Below are positions 19,378 through 30,181 of a stretch of 60,302 bases of DNA, one piece after another. Made by a program: the position numbers and the translations under genes. Origin of the DNA: Candidatus Moraniibacteriota bacterium (GTDB lineage: Bacteria > Patescibacteriota > Minisyncoccia > Moranbacterales > GCA-2747515); NCBI GenBank assembly GCA_040772365.1, contig JAXGYI010000004.1, positions 1 to 60,302 of the forward strand, in the 5' to 3' direction. The notes under the pieces are model-generated. The model saw only the letters and a list, made by a program, of their open reading frames with translations. It was not told the DNA's origin and ran no database searches. How positions within the stretch are numbered: the first letter of the stretch is position 1; each line of letters begins with the position of its first letter.

Positions 19378-22086
19378 TTATAACTCACTCCACCGTGTGC
19401 CGATCGCCGTTTCCACTACCAGTGGGATACGTAATGTGTAAATACTCTCCATGACAGCTGTAATACGTGCTGCAAAATCTTCAGCAAGTGACTCCGCTAC
19501 TTCAAAAATAATCTCGTCGTGCACCTGCAACACGGCACGCACATCGTCATCGGGCCACGTTTTGCACACATAGTCATCCGCCGCAATCATCGCCAGTTTC
19601 ATAATATCTGCAGCAAGCCCTTGGATGGGCATGTTGATTGCCATGCGCTCCCCCGCTGCGCGCAACTGAAAATTTTTGGAAGCAATTTCCGGTACGTAGC
19701 GTCGCCGCCCCAAAAGCGTCTCTACATAACCGTTGGCGCGTGCTGCTTTTTTCGTGTCGTCAATATATTTCTTCACACCAACAAACCTCTGAAAGTACGC
19801 CGCGATAAACGCCTCCGCCTCCTTGGCGTCAATCCCCGCCGCGCGCGCAAAACCATAACGCCCCATGCCGTAGATTAGCCCAAAGTTCAGTTCTTTAGCA
19901 CTACGTCGCTCCTCCTTTGTGATCGTCTCACTCTCTTTGCCTAGTACGCGCGCCGCCGTATAGGTGTGAATATCAGCGCCATCGCGAAATGCTTGAAGGA
20001 GTTCCGCATCACCGCTTACATGTGCCACACACCGCAAATCAATCTGCGAATAATCCGCACTCACTAGCACTGCACCCTCGCGCGCCACAAACCCCTCGCG
20101 TAGTCGTCGCCCATCTCGTGTGCGCGTCGGAATGTTTTGCAGATTGGGATCCGACGACGACAATCGCCCTGTCGTTGTCACCGCCTGATTGAACGTCGTG
20201 TGAATGCGCCCCGCTTCGTCCGCCAATTGCGGCAATACATCAGCATATGTTGTTTTGAGCTTGAAGAGTTCACGATACCGTTCCACCGCTTCCACAATAG
20301 GGTGTGCGTCGCGAATTTTTGCAAGTTCATCTGACGCTGTAGAATACCCTGTTTTATTTTTCTTAATGCCATCTGTAGAAATACGTAGCACATCAAATAG
20401 TATGTGTGCCAATTGCTGTGTAGAGTTGATATTAAATGTGCTACCAGCATGCGTCATGATCGCATCTGTCAATTGTGCAATTTCTTCATCAATCGCCTCA
20501 GCAATTTCGCCAAAACGCTCCTTGTCAATCGCCACACCAGCGCACTCCATGGCATACAGAATCGGCACTAACGGCAACTCCACCTCATCCAAGACGCGCC
20601 GCACATTTGTATCTTCCGTTTGCGTTTCCACCGTTGCATCCACTGCCGCACGGAAATACTGATACAGTTCACGCACATCGCGTGCACGAGTACATGCTGC
20701 CACCTGTGCCATCGTATCATCGCGCAACGCAAGCGCCATCTGCTTGTCACGTGCATCTTTCGCCGCCATACGACCCGTCACTGAAAACAGTAATGATGCA
20801 AAATCAAACTTTTGCGTTTTTTGTACGACATATGCTGCAAGCATGACATCATCCACAACACCACGCAGCACTATATCCGCATGTCCCAAAACATGTAACA
20901 GGTTTTTTGCATCAAAGCACACTTTTAGCGCGTGCGCATCGGCACAATACGCCGCAATATCGGCATGCGTGTCGCGTGTATGCGGCACATATAGCGGCGT
21001 GCTTGCACCCTCATCTGCCACCGCAAGAACAATGCCATGCACACTGCTATCCTGCGCGTCCACCGTCACTACTTGTCGAACTTTCGCGGCATCGCGCAAT
21101 ACACGCGCTACATCCGTAACGGCAATCATTGTATAGTGCTGCGCCATCTCTTCTGAGGCTGCAATCTGCTGTGGAGTGTTTTCCTGTGGTAATCGTTTGA
21201 GTAAGCTTGTGAAGTGCAAACGCTGAAACATGGCACGTGCAGCAGCAAGTGTCATGCGCTCCGTCTGTGCTGCTGTAAAATCTACGATATGGTCAAGCGG
21301 CACATCCGTTTTAATAGTCCCCAATTCCTTGGAGAGATACGCCTGCGCCTTGTCACGCTCCAGTTTGGCACGCACCCCCGGTGCCACATCATCCAAATGC
21401 GCATACACACCATCCAAATTTTGATGCACCGTTAGCAGAGCTACTGCCGTCTTCTCGCCCACACCCTTCACGCCAGGGATGTTGTCGCTGCTATCTCCGC
21501 GTAGACCTTTGTAGTCTGTCATCTGCGTCGGTAAAAGTCCCGTCTTGCTGTGTACCATCCCTACGTCATACAGCACCATATCGTGTATACCACGTGACAT
21601 TGTAAACACCGCGATGCGCTCATCCACTAATTGCAACGTGTCCTTGTCACCCGTCACGATCACCACATCATACCCATCACGCGCCGCTTGTTTCGCAACT
21701 GTGCCAATCACATCATCTGCCTCAAACCCCGCTTGTTCAATCTGTACAATGCCCAGTGCATCCACGACTTCTTTCACCAGCGCAAATTGCGGCACTAGGT
21801 CTTCCGGTGTCTCCTTGCGTGTCGCCTTATAGTTTGCATAGAGATCATTACGAAACGTCGGACCAGGTGGATCAAAGGCGGCAATAATATGTGTTGGTTG
21901 GAATCGCTCCAAAACCGAAAAAAGTGTCGTTGTAAAACCATATACGGCATTAGTTTGCACACCACTTGCTGTCGTCAATGGCGGTAAGGCATGGTAGGCG
22001 CGATGCACAATTGCATTGCTATCCAGCAGCAAAAGAAGCTTCTTCTTTTTCTGCGCTTGTGCCGGTCTTGGTGACTTTTGTGTCAT
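19378..22086 (-). CDS. polA: DNA polymerase I
   Basis: 5'-3' exonuclease (LDSNAIVHRAYHA, GFEADDVI, GDSSDNIPGVKGVGEKTA) and polymerase motifs (TTTGRLSS, ADYSQIDLR, QVHDE); proofreading domain looks degenerate. Confidence 0.97.
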   Translation of the reverse strand: MTQKSPRPAQAQKKKKLLLLLDSNAIVHRAYHALPPLTTASGVQTNAVYGFTTTLFSVLERFQPTHIIAAFDPPGPTFRNDLYANYKATRKETPEDLVPQFALVKEVVDALGIVQIEQAGFEADDVIGTVAKQAARDGYDVVIVTGDKDTLQLVDERIAVFTMSRGIHDMVLYDVGMVHSKTGLLPTQMTDYKGLRGDSSDNIPGVKGVGEKTAVALLTVHQNLDGVYAHLDDVAPGVRAKLERDKAQAYLSKELGTIKTDVPLDHIVDFTAAQTERMTLAAARAMFQRLHFTSLLKRLPQENTPQQIAASEEMAQHYTMIAVTDVARVLRDAAKVRQVVTVDAQDSSVHGIVLAVADEGASTPLYVPHTRDTHADIAAYCADAHALKVCFDAKNLLHVLGHADIVLRGVVDDVMLAAYVVQKTQKFDFASLLFSVTGRMAAKDARDKQMALALRDDTMAQVAACTRARDVRELYQYFRAAVDATVETQTEDTNVRRVLDEVELPLVPILYAMECAGVAIDKERFGEIAEAIDEEIAQLTDAIMTHAGSTFNINSTQQLAHILFDVLRISTDGIKKNKTGYSTASDELAKIRDAHPIVEAVERYRELFKLKTTYADVLPQLADEAGRIHTTFNQAVTTTGRLSSSDPNLQNIPTRTRDGRRLREGFVAREGAVLVSADYSQIDLRCVAHVSGDAELLQAFRDGADIHTYTAARVLGKESETITKEERRSAKELNFGLIYGMGRYGFARAAGIDAKEAEAFIAAYFQRFVGVKKYIDDTKKAARANGYVETLLGRRRYVPEIASKNFQLRAAGERMAINMPIQGLAADIMKLAMIAADDYVCKTWPDDDVRAVLQVHDEIIFEVAESLAEDFAARITAVMESIYTLRIPLVVETAIGTRWSEL

Positions 22087-22156
22087 AGGAAAGACAAAAG
22101 GATTGCTCCTTTTATCATACGGGTATTGTCTATTTTATGCAAAAAACGCGCAAATC

Positions 22157-22477
22157 TTATGCCTCGGTAGCACGAATCATGGTCAGTAGCATCTTGAATT
22201 GCTCTGGAGCACCCACAGCGTGCGGGCGATTAGCAGGCAACTCAATCATACCGCCTTCACGCACCATATACGCCTCACCATCAATAGACACGGTAGCAAC
22301 ACCTTCGATGATCTGCAGTAGTGCGGTAAATGGCGCCACATGCTCACTCAATCCCTGCCCCCTATCAAAAGCAAACAACGTCACCGTCCCCGCAGTGTTT
22401 TTGAGAATTTCCTTACTCACAATAGCACCTTGCTGATAGGCAATAGCCTCTTTAAGGATCAAAATATCTTGTTGCAT
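22157..22477 (-). CDS. Cupin-domain protein
   Basis: VTLFAFDRGQGLSEH...MIELPANRPHAV. Confidence 0.85.
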   Translation of the reverse strand: MQQDILILKEAIAYQQGAIVSKEILKNTAGTVTLFAFDRGQGLSEHVAPFTALLQIIEGVATVSIDGEAYMVREGGMIELPANRPHAVGAPEQFKMLLTMIRATEA

Positions 22478-22489
22478 TGTTTTGTTATG

Positions 22490-22840
22490 TTACTTTTTAG
22501 AGAGAAATTTTTTGAGGAGAACAGCATGATTAATGCGCGGATCTTTTGCCGCGTAGAGCAATGTAACCGTCTTATTCGTAGCGATAATATTACGCAGCTC
22601 ATCCACAGCATCATTGTGTGCAAGTTCCTTGGTATATTTCATGGCAAAGCTTTGAAAACGTTGCGGATCGTGCCCAAACCATGTACGCAAAGCCAGCGAC
22701 GGCGCAACATCTTTGAGCCAGTACTTTATGACAGCACGCTCCTTGGTGACACCTCGCGGCCATAATCGATCCACTAAAACGCGCACGCCATCCTGCTCCT
22801 GCGGTTCATCATAAATACGTTTCACTTGAAGACTCCTCAT
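22490..22840 (-). CDS. DUF488/YeaO-family protein
   Basis: VKRIYD, RVLVDRLWPRGV, WLKDVAPS, WFGHDP, TLLYAAKD...NHA. ATG 22840 chosen; the ORF track starts at 22870. Confidence 0.88.
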   Translation of the reverse strand: MRSLQVKRIYDEPQEQDGVRVLVDRLWPRGVTKERAVIKYWLKDVAPSLALRTWFGHDPQRFQSFAMKYTKELAHNDAVDELRNIIATNKTVTLLYAAKDPRINHAVLLKKFLSKK

Positions 22841-22886
22841 GCTACTTTTCTTAACATAATTTCTACACACATTCTACCAGAAAATT

Positions 22887-23435
22887 TTATGTTATCAAAG
22901 ATACCCAATCATAAAACACCGTAAGTTGTCTTACAATATCTTCTTGTATTTTTGCGCTAACCACATTACCATCTTCGTCAAAATCATCAGAAAATGCATG
23001 AGCAAATACTTCTGGCTGTGGTAGCACATAGAGATTTAAACATGTTGCCACTTGCCGTAAATGATATTGTGCACGTGAGCTCCCCATTCCCCCACCTGCA
23101 CCCATGATGGCTGCGGGTTTTTTAGAAAGCAAATAGTTATCTGGTTCGCGTGATGCCCAGTCTAGTGCATTTTTGAGCGCTGGCGCTATGGAATAGTTAT
23201 ACTCTGTAGCAGCAAAAAGAAATCCGCGCGCCTCATGCATGTGCGCAAAGAGTTTTTCTACAGACGCCGGTTTTTGTGCAATATCCTGATTATAAAACGG
23301 TATATCTGCTATATCAGCTATCACGATCTGCATGTCAGCAGGTGCATGTTCCTGTGCATAACGGAGCATCCCCTTGTTTGTTGATTTTTCTCGCAAACTG
23401 CCAGAAATTGCTAAAACTTTGAACATAGTACTCAC
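22887..23435 (-). CDS. NAD(P)H-dependent FMN reductase (ChrR/SsuE-like)
   Basis: ISGSLREKSTN, TEYNYSIAPALKNALDWASR, GSSRAQYHLRQ. Confidence 0.9.
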   Translation of the reverse strand: MSTMFKVLAISGSLREKSTNKGMLRYAQEHAPADMQIVIADIADIPFYNQDIAQKPASVEKLFAHMHEARGFLFAATEYNYSIAPALKNALDWASREPDNYLLSKKPAAIMGAGGGMGSSRAQYHLRQVATCLNLYVLPQPEVFAHAFSDDFDEDGNVVSAKIQEDIVRQLTVFYDWVSLIT

Positions 23436-23567
23436 TGTTTATTATACTTGATGCGTATTTCATAAAAATGTTACGCAAAATTTTCGCACGCAGTACACAC
23501 AACAAACGAAAATGTTCTCAGATAAGACGCTGGTTACATGATAGCATGATTCTATAATTGTGATAAT

Positions 23568-26500
23568 GCGAATAAAAGTAGAAATTCTATTAGTCTATTT
23601 GGCAGGCAAAGTATATTACCAATTGTACCGATCTACAAAAGTAGAAATTCTATTAGTCTATTTGGCGAACGTTGTACCGGCAGGAACGGTAGATCTACAA
23701 AAGTAGAAATTCTATTAGTCTATTTGGCCAATGAAATTTCTAAAAACGAATTATATCTACAAAAGTAGAAATTCTATTAGTCTATTTGGCGTGCGAGTCA
23801 GGTTGGAGCTTAATAATCTACAAAAGTAGAAATTCTATTAGTCTATTTGGCGGACTTACGGTTTCTTCAAAATAAAATCTACAAAAGTAGAAATTCTATT
23901 AGTCTATTTGGCTTTACTTAATACGAAAAGTAAATGTGATCTACAAAAGTAGAAATTCTATTAGTCTATTTGGCAAGGCACTATAATTTGATAATTTATA
24001 TCTACAAAAGTAGAAATTCTATTAGTCTATTTGGCTCGCTGGTGATAAGTTCCATATTTCCATATCTACAAAAGTAGAAATTCTATTAGTCTATTTGGCA
24101 TTTATCACCTACTTTCGCAAGAGTCATCTACAAAAGTAGAAATTCTATTAGTCTATTTGGCGGAAAAATTAAATGAGTTAAATATTGATCTACAAAAGTA
24201 GAAATTCTATTAGTCTATTTGGCTTGCCTAGTATAAAAAAACAAACTTAATCTACAAAAGTAGAAATTCTATTAGTCTATTTGGCGCGTAACCAGCCCCA
24301 GCCCCCTGAAAATCTACAAAAGTAGAAATTCTATTAGTCTATTTGGCGCATCGAACCAGACCTAATGAAGCGTATCTACAAAAGTAGAAATTCTATTAGT
24401 CTATTTGGCGATGGCAGGGATTAAAAGAAGACTTATCTACAAAAGTAGAAATTCTATTAGTCTATTTGGCCAACCAAGGCAACTAATCGTCAATCATCTA
24501 CAAAAGTAGAAATTCTATTAGTCTATTTGGCTGGCGTGGAAATTTTAGCTCTTTGTTATCTACAAAAGTAGAAATTCTATTAGTCTATTTGGCCTTCCTG
24601 ATGATGCAGTAAAGGCATTATCTACAAAAGTAGAAATTCTATTAGTCTATTTGGCAGGTAGAAAACTTCATCGTAAACGCTCGATCTACAAAAGTAGAAA
24701 TTCTATTAGTCTATTTGGCGATGAAACAAATAACTCTTGAAACAAATCTACAAAAGTAGAAATTCTATTAGTCTATTTGGCGAGTACGAATATCATAAAA
24801 GAATACAATCTACAAAAGTAGAAATTCTATTAGTCTATTTGGCATGAGAAGCTAGAGGAGCTAATTGACATCTACAAAAGTAGAAATTCTATTAGTCTAT
24901 TTGGCTAGCGGTTTTGGGGCTCCGCACAAAATCTACAAAAGTAGAAATTCTATTAGTCTATTTGGCCCTGTGGCTGACATAAAGAGGGAAATATCTACAA
25001 AAGTAGAAATTCTATTAGTCTATTTGGCCTAAAGGCGTTCACGTATTCTATTGATCTACAAAAGTAGAAATTCTATTAGTCTATTTGGCGGTGAGATAAC
25101 CAAATATGAAATTAATCTACAAAAGTAGAAATTCTATTAGTCTATTTGGCATGATCCATTGATACTAGTTGCCTTAATCTACAAAAGTAGAAATTCTATT
25201 AGTCTATTTGGCTTTATAGACACATGCTTGTAACAAATATCTACAAAAGTAGAAATTCTATTAGTCTATTTGGCAGGAAAAGGCGACACATGGTACGATA
25301 CATCTACAAAAGTAGAAATTCTATTAGTCTATTTGGCCTGTCTATATCATAAGTAAATGGCTACTATCTACAAAAGTAGAAATTCTATTAGTCTATTTGG
25401 CAGGCAAAGTATATTACCAATTGTACCGATCTACAAAAGTAGAAATTCTATTAGTCTATTTGGCGAACGTTGTACCGGCAGGAACGGTAGATCTACAAAA
25501 GTAGAAATTCTATTAGTCTATTTGGCCAATGAAATTTCTAAAAACGAATTATATCTACAAAAGTAGAAATTCTATTAGTCTATTTGGCTTTTTTATATCG
25601 CCGATCGTTTTTAATCTACAAAAGTAGAAATTCTATTAGTCTATTTGGCTGGCAATTGTATTAAGGGGTAAAAAGATCTACAAAAGTAGAAATTCTATTA
25701 GTCTATTTGGCACAGTTCTGGTGCAATATCTGCAGCATCTACAAAAGTAGAAATTCTATTAGTCTATTTGGCTTATTTGTTCCGTCCGACAATTTCATGA
25801 TCTACAAAAGTAGAAATTCTATTAGTCTATTTGGCTTGTAGAGGCAGTAAAGCCTATTCTGCAATCTACAAAAGTAGAAATTCTATTAGTCTATTTGGCT
25901 ATCGTAGAAAGCATTGCGATCACAATCTACAAAAGTAGAAATTCTATTAGTCTATTTGGCCATGCGGGAAAAAATGATTGAAAGTATCTACAAAAGTAGA
26001 AATTCTATTAGTCTATTTGGCTCGCCGTTCCATGGGGCGCTGGTAGAATCTACAAAAGTAGAAATTCTATTAGTCTATTTGGCATGCGGCGTATGATGCG
26101 AGTGTTATCATCTACAAAAGTAGAAATTCTATTAGTCTATTTGGCAAGAATACAGCGCGGGTATATAATAATCTACAAAAGTAGAAATTCTATTAGTCTA
26201 TTTGGCAGGCATTATGCGTATGGAGGTGCGAAATCTACAAAAGTAGAAATTCTATTAGTCTATTTGGCCCAATCTTAATTGATGACATAATGGGCATCTA
26301 CAAAAGTAGAAATTCTATTAGTCTATTTGGCATTTTTTTCATACTTATAAATCTCGATCTACAAAAGTAGAAATTCTATTAGTCTATTTGGCCAGAAGAG
26401 ATTGAACACTTACAATCCATCTACAAAAGTAGAAATTCTATTAGTCTATTTGGCTTGCTTTACATCTTGGAGATTTTCCGATCTACAAAAGTAGAAATTC

Positions 26501-28754
26501 TATTAGTCTATTTGGCCCGACAATCTCCAAGATATCAAACTAGCATCTACAAAAGTAGAAATTCTATTAGTCTATTTGGCACTCAAAAGTTTTGTCCTCT
26601 TGCTTATCTACAAAAGTAGAAATTCTATTAGTCTATTTGGCAATACATACGGCGCAAACGTCTTATGATCTACAAAAGTAGAAATTCTATTAGTCTATTT
26701 GGCCTGACACATCACGAATCCTTATACTGATAATCTACAAAAGTAGAAATTCTATTAGTCTATTTGGCAAGAAAACAAAAAACAAAACATATAAATCTAC
26801 AAAAGTAGAAATTCTATTAGTCTATTTGGCATATATAAGTACGAAAAAAGAATAATATCTACAAAAGTAGAAATTCTATTAGTCTATTTGGCAAGTAGCC
26901 ATTTAATGATGATATACACAATCTACAAAAGTAGAAATTCTATTAGTCTATTTGGCTGGAATTCTATTACTGCCAAATATTATCTACAAAAGTAGAAATT
27001 CTATTAGTCTATTTGGCGAATGAGCACCGTATTGGCAGATACATCTACAAAAGTAGAAATTCTATTAGTCTATTTGGCGATTATTTTTGGGCTAACAAGT
27101 CGCATCTACAAAAGTAGAAATTCTATTAGTCTATTTGGCATTTATCTGTAGCTTCCGCGACCTTTGATCTACAAAAGTAGAAATTCTATTAGTCTATTTG
27201 GCACGACGAAAATTTATATCTATCATATATCTACAAAAGTAGAAATTCTATTAGTCTATTTGGCTTAAGTTATGATTAAAATATAATTTAACATCTACAA
27301 AAGTAGAAATTCTATTAGTCTATTTGGCGCAGAGCTAGTATAATTAACCTTTGTATCTACAAAAGTAGAAATTCTATTAGTCTATTTGGCAAGCTCGCTG
27401 GAAAATCCACCTATTATCTACAAAAGTAGAAATTCTATTAGTCTATTTGGCTTCCAAGAAGACGGTGTGACTCCTTTAATCTACAAAAGTAGAAATTCTA
27501 TTAGTCTATTTGGCGTGGCGAAAAAATCTTCAGAAGGAAATCTACAAAAGTAGAAATTCTATTAGTCTATTTGGCAGGCATGCTTCAGCTTATGAGTTAT
27601 TTATCTACAAAAGTAGAAATTCTATTAGTCTATTTGGCCTGAAATGTATGCTTACATTTTGAAGATCTACAAAAGTAGAAATTCTATTAGTCTATTTGGC
27701 AATCCCGAGCCACGTGTAATAGATTATCTACAAAAGTAGAAATTCTATTAGTCTATTTGGCTATAAAGGGCACCATGAAAAATACTCGATCTACAAAAGT
27801 AGAAATTCTATTAGTCTATTTGGCCCTGTGGCTGTATCCGCCTGTGAAATATCTACAAAAGTAGAAATTCTATTAGTCTATTTGGCCTTCGTATGATTTT
27901 TCTCTATCAATTTATCTACAAAAGTAGAAATTCTATTAGTCTATTTGGCGATCATCATCGGCGAACCTCAAGCCCATCTACAAAAGTAGAAATTCTATTA
28001 GTCTATTTGGCGTGCGTTTTATCCTGAAGATTATCGTGAATCTACAAAAGTAGAAATTCTATTAGTCTATTTGGCAGGTGTTAGATGGAATTGAACTAAA
28101 TATCTACAAAAGTAGAAATTCTATTAGTCTATTTGGCCTGCTTAATTATTTGCTGCCCCCTCTATCTACAAAAGTAGAAATTCTATTAGTCTATTTGGCC
28201 CCAACATAAAAAGCAGAATTAGAAATCTACAAAAGTAGAAATTCTATTAGTCTATTTGGCATATGCAACTATACGGCATGTGTCCATCTACAAAAGTAGA
28301 AATTCTATTAGTCTATTTGGCATGTTGGAAGTACGGATTTTATATGAATCTACAAAAGTAGAAATTCTATTAGTCTATTTGGCCTTTTTTAGCCGCGCCT
28401 TGTCTGCCCATCTACAAAAGTAGAAATTCTATTAGTCTATTTGGCGCACACATATGGCACTCTAATCTGTATCTACAAAAGTAGAAATTCTATTAGTCTA
28501 TTTGGCCTTCAAAAATTGATCAAGATATTAAATCTACAAAAGTAGAAATTCTATTAGTCTATTTGGCTGGCATTACGGGTTTTATAAAATTAAATCTACA
28601 AAAGTAGAAATTCTATTAGTCTATTTGGCGAAAACACAAACAGGAATTATCATCAATCTACAAAAGTAGAAATTCTATTAGTCTATTTGGCAAATATGAC
28701 TACTCTTGCAAACTCAATATCTACAAAAGTAGAAATTCTATTAGTCTATTTGGC
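23568..28754 (-). CRISPR. Type V-A CRISPR array: 84 repeats (trailer copy truncated) and 83 spacers of 25-29 nt
   Basis: 36-nt repeat, minus strand GCCAAATAGACTAATAGAATTTCTACTTTTGTAGAT, ending in the Cas12a handle AATTTCTAC-TTTT-GTAGAT. The 23568-23603 copy lacks the final GTAGAT (trailer); leader side at 28755 next to cas2. Counts are by hand; 80 unique spacers. Confidence 0.98.
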
Positions 28755-28917
28755 TGCAGAAACCTTATATTTAAGCCAAAAAGATGCAAACTGGCCACAG
28801 GGGGCGCAACGACTTTTTGGCTTAAATACTACAAACCCCCAATACCGATGGTGGGGTTTTGCATTTTTTTCAATAGGCTGATAAGAATTTATACCTTTAC
28901 ATAATTGTAAAAGTGCT
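28755..28917 (-). promoter_or_regulatory. CRISPR leader with inverted repeats
   Basis: Non-coding 163 bp between cas2 and the first repeat; perfect 16-bp IR at 28768-28783/28813-28828 and an imperfect hairpin at ~28832-28861. Confidence 0.8.
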
Positions 28918-29199
28918 TCAGGAAATACAGATAAGATCCGACTCTTCATGCTTTGCATACCCATACCGCCTCACCTTACCGTCGCACCCCTTGCATGTGT
29001 GAAAAATCACTATACTATCCGCGCCAGTAAAATGTTTCTTATACTTCAATTCTACCTCTGTCATGATATTTTGCAAGACCCTATTGCTATCGCGTACCTG
29101 CCACACGGAATACTGAATGCGATTGCCATATTTTTCCAAAAATCTTGCAAAATGTGTTCGTGTTTTGTCGTTTTCAAAATCATACGATACGATGAGCAT
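28918..29199 (-). CDS. cas2: CRISPR-associated endoribonuclease Cas2
   Basis: MLIVSYD...RTHFARFLEKYGNRIQYSVW, 93 aa. Confidence 0.95.
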   Translation of the reverse strand: MLIVSYDFENDKTRTHFARFLEKYGNRIQYSVWQVRDSNRVLQNIMTEVELKYKKHFTGADSIVIFHTCKGCDGKVRRYGYAKHEESDLICIS

Positions 29200-29212
29200 A
29201 GTGCGTTGTTAA

Positions 29213-30181
29213 TTAGCGAATAACAAATGGTGCGACCTCACCCTCATCGTTCAAAATGAGATAGTAGTGATCGCGTACGTAGTGATAGATGTCTTCTTTG
29301 TAGCGCAAAATTTCCGTGAGAAAAATGCGCGCATACTTTCCACTTGCTTTGTAAGATAAATAGTATTGCCCCTGCCGGCACCCAAAATCCCTGGAGTCAA
29401 ATTGCCCTAGTGTGTGCATCTTCACCACTGCACGATCAATGATGCACCGAAACGGCTCCATCATATCACAGGCAAGTGATTTTCTCTGAAAAAAGAGCTG
29501 GTGGTAGATACCTTTGTATGTATCAAATCCATAAACGCGCAAAATGGCATCGGTGAAATGAAACAGAAAACTATACCCCATGTCCAGCAAAATATTGTTT
29601 TCATCGACTTTGCCGCGCGGCACACGCCTATACCAATCAATCTGCGCAAAATACGCCGCAAAATAGTCCTTGGAGATCACACCTTCCACACCGCGCAATG
29701 ACGCCAGATCTTTTGCGGCGGTAATTTTTTGCACCATCAATCGCTTGTACGCGATACGTGTCTTGCCTGCAATGGTGTTGATCCCGCTTCCGCGCAACAA
29801 TGCCAAGCTATTGCGCAACTTGTTTGCTACAATATGTTTTGCCATTGCCAACGCCTGCGCATCATCCACGGCATACTGCTGTTGACGCAAAAGGTAATTT
29901 CCCTCCGCATACGATGAGACACTTGCATAAGTTTCGCAATTTCTCTTGAGAAAATAGACAGATGCGCCTGCGCGCGTGATCTTCTGCAACAATTTGCTTG
30001 TCATCGTGAAATCCCCAATCACAAAAATTGCGATAAGTTTTGCAATAGGAATTTTATCTTTTGTTTTTCCGTCCACAGTGATAAGCACATTTTCATTGCG
30101 TAAACTCAATGCGCATCCGCTCAGCGCAGAAGCGTCCAAAAGAAAGATCTGCTTTTGACGAAAATCTGGTAATTGTATCAT
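29213..30181 (-). CDS. cas1: CRISPR-associated integrase Cas1 (type V-A/PREFRAN-like)
   Basis: LRGVEG, NILLDMGYSFLF, GIYHQLFFQRKSLACDMMEPFRCIID. Confidence 0.95.
   Translation of the reverse strand: MIQLPDFRQKQIFLLDASALSGCALSLRNENVLITVDGKTKDKIPIAKLIAIFVIGDFTMTSKLLQKITRAGASVYFLKRNCETYASVSSYAEGNYLLRQQQYAVDDAQALAMAKHIVANKLRNSLALLRGSGINTIAGKTRIAYKRLMVQKITAAKDLASLRGVEGVISKDYFAAYFAQIDWYRRVPRGKVDENNILLDMGYSFLFHFTDAILRVYGFDTYKGIYHQLFFQRKSLACDMMEPFRCIIDRAVVKMHTLGQFDSRDFGCRQGQYYLSYKASGKYARIFLTEILRYKEDIYHYVRDHYYLILNDEGEVAPFVIR

Noticed and set aside
20500-21200. Degenerate 3'-5' exonuclease domain in PolA
   Set aside because: Loss of proofreading motifs in Pol I is common in many bacteria.
22157-23435. 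Integron-like cassette array for the three small stress genes
   Set aside because: No attC-like palindromes in the short gaps and no integrase.
23604-28718. Self-targeting spacers within the window
   Set aside because: I recognised no full-length match outside the array, but could not check exhaustively; an exact-match search of all 80 spacers against the genome is required.
28793-28802. Leader GCCACAGGG matches (reverse complement) the CCCTGTGGC at the repeat junction of two spacers
   Set aside because: Only 9 nt, partly contributed by the repeat; compatible with chance and too short for self-targeting.
25357-28964. Short ORFs within the array and leader (25357, 25914, 26084, 28687, 28746)
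   Set aside because: They are translations of repeat-spacer units (recurring STKVEILLVYLA / IYKSRNSISLFG), not genes.
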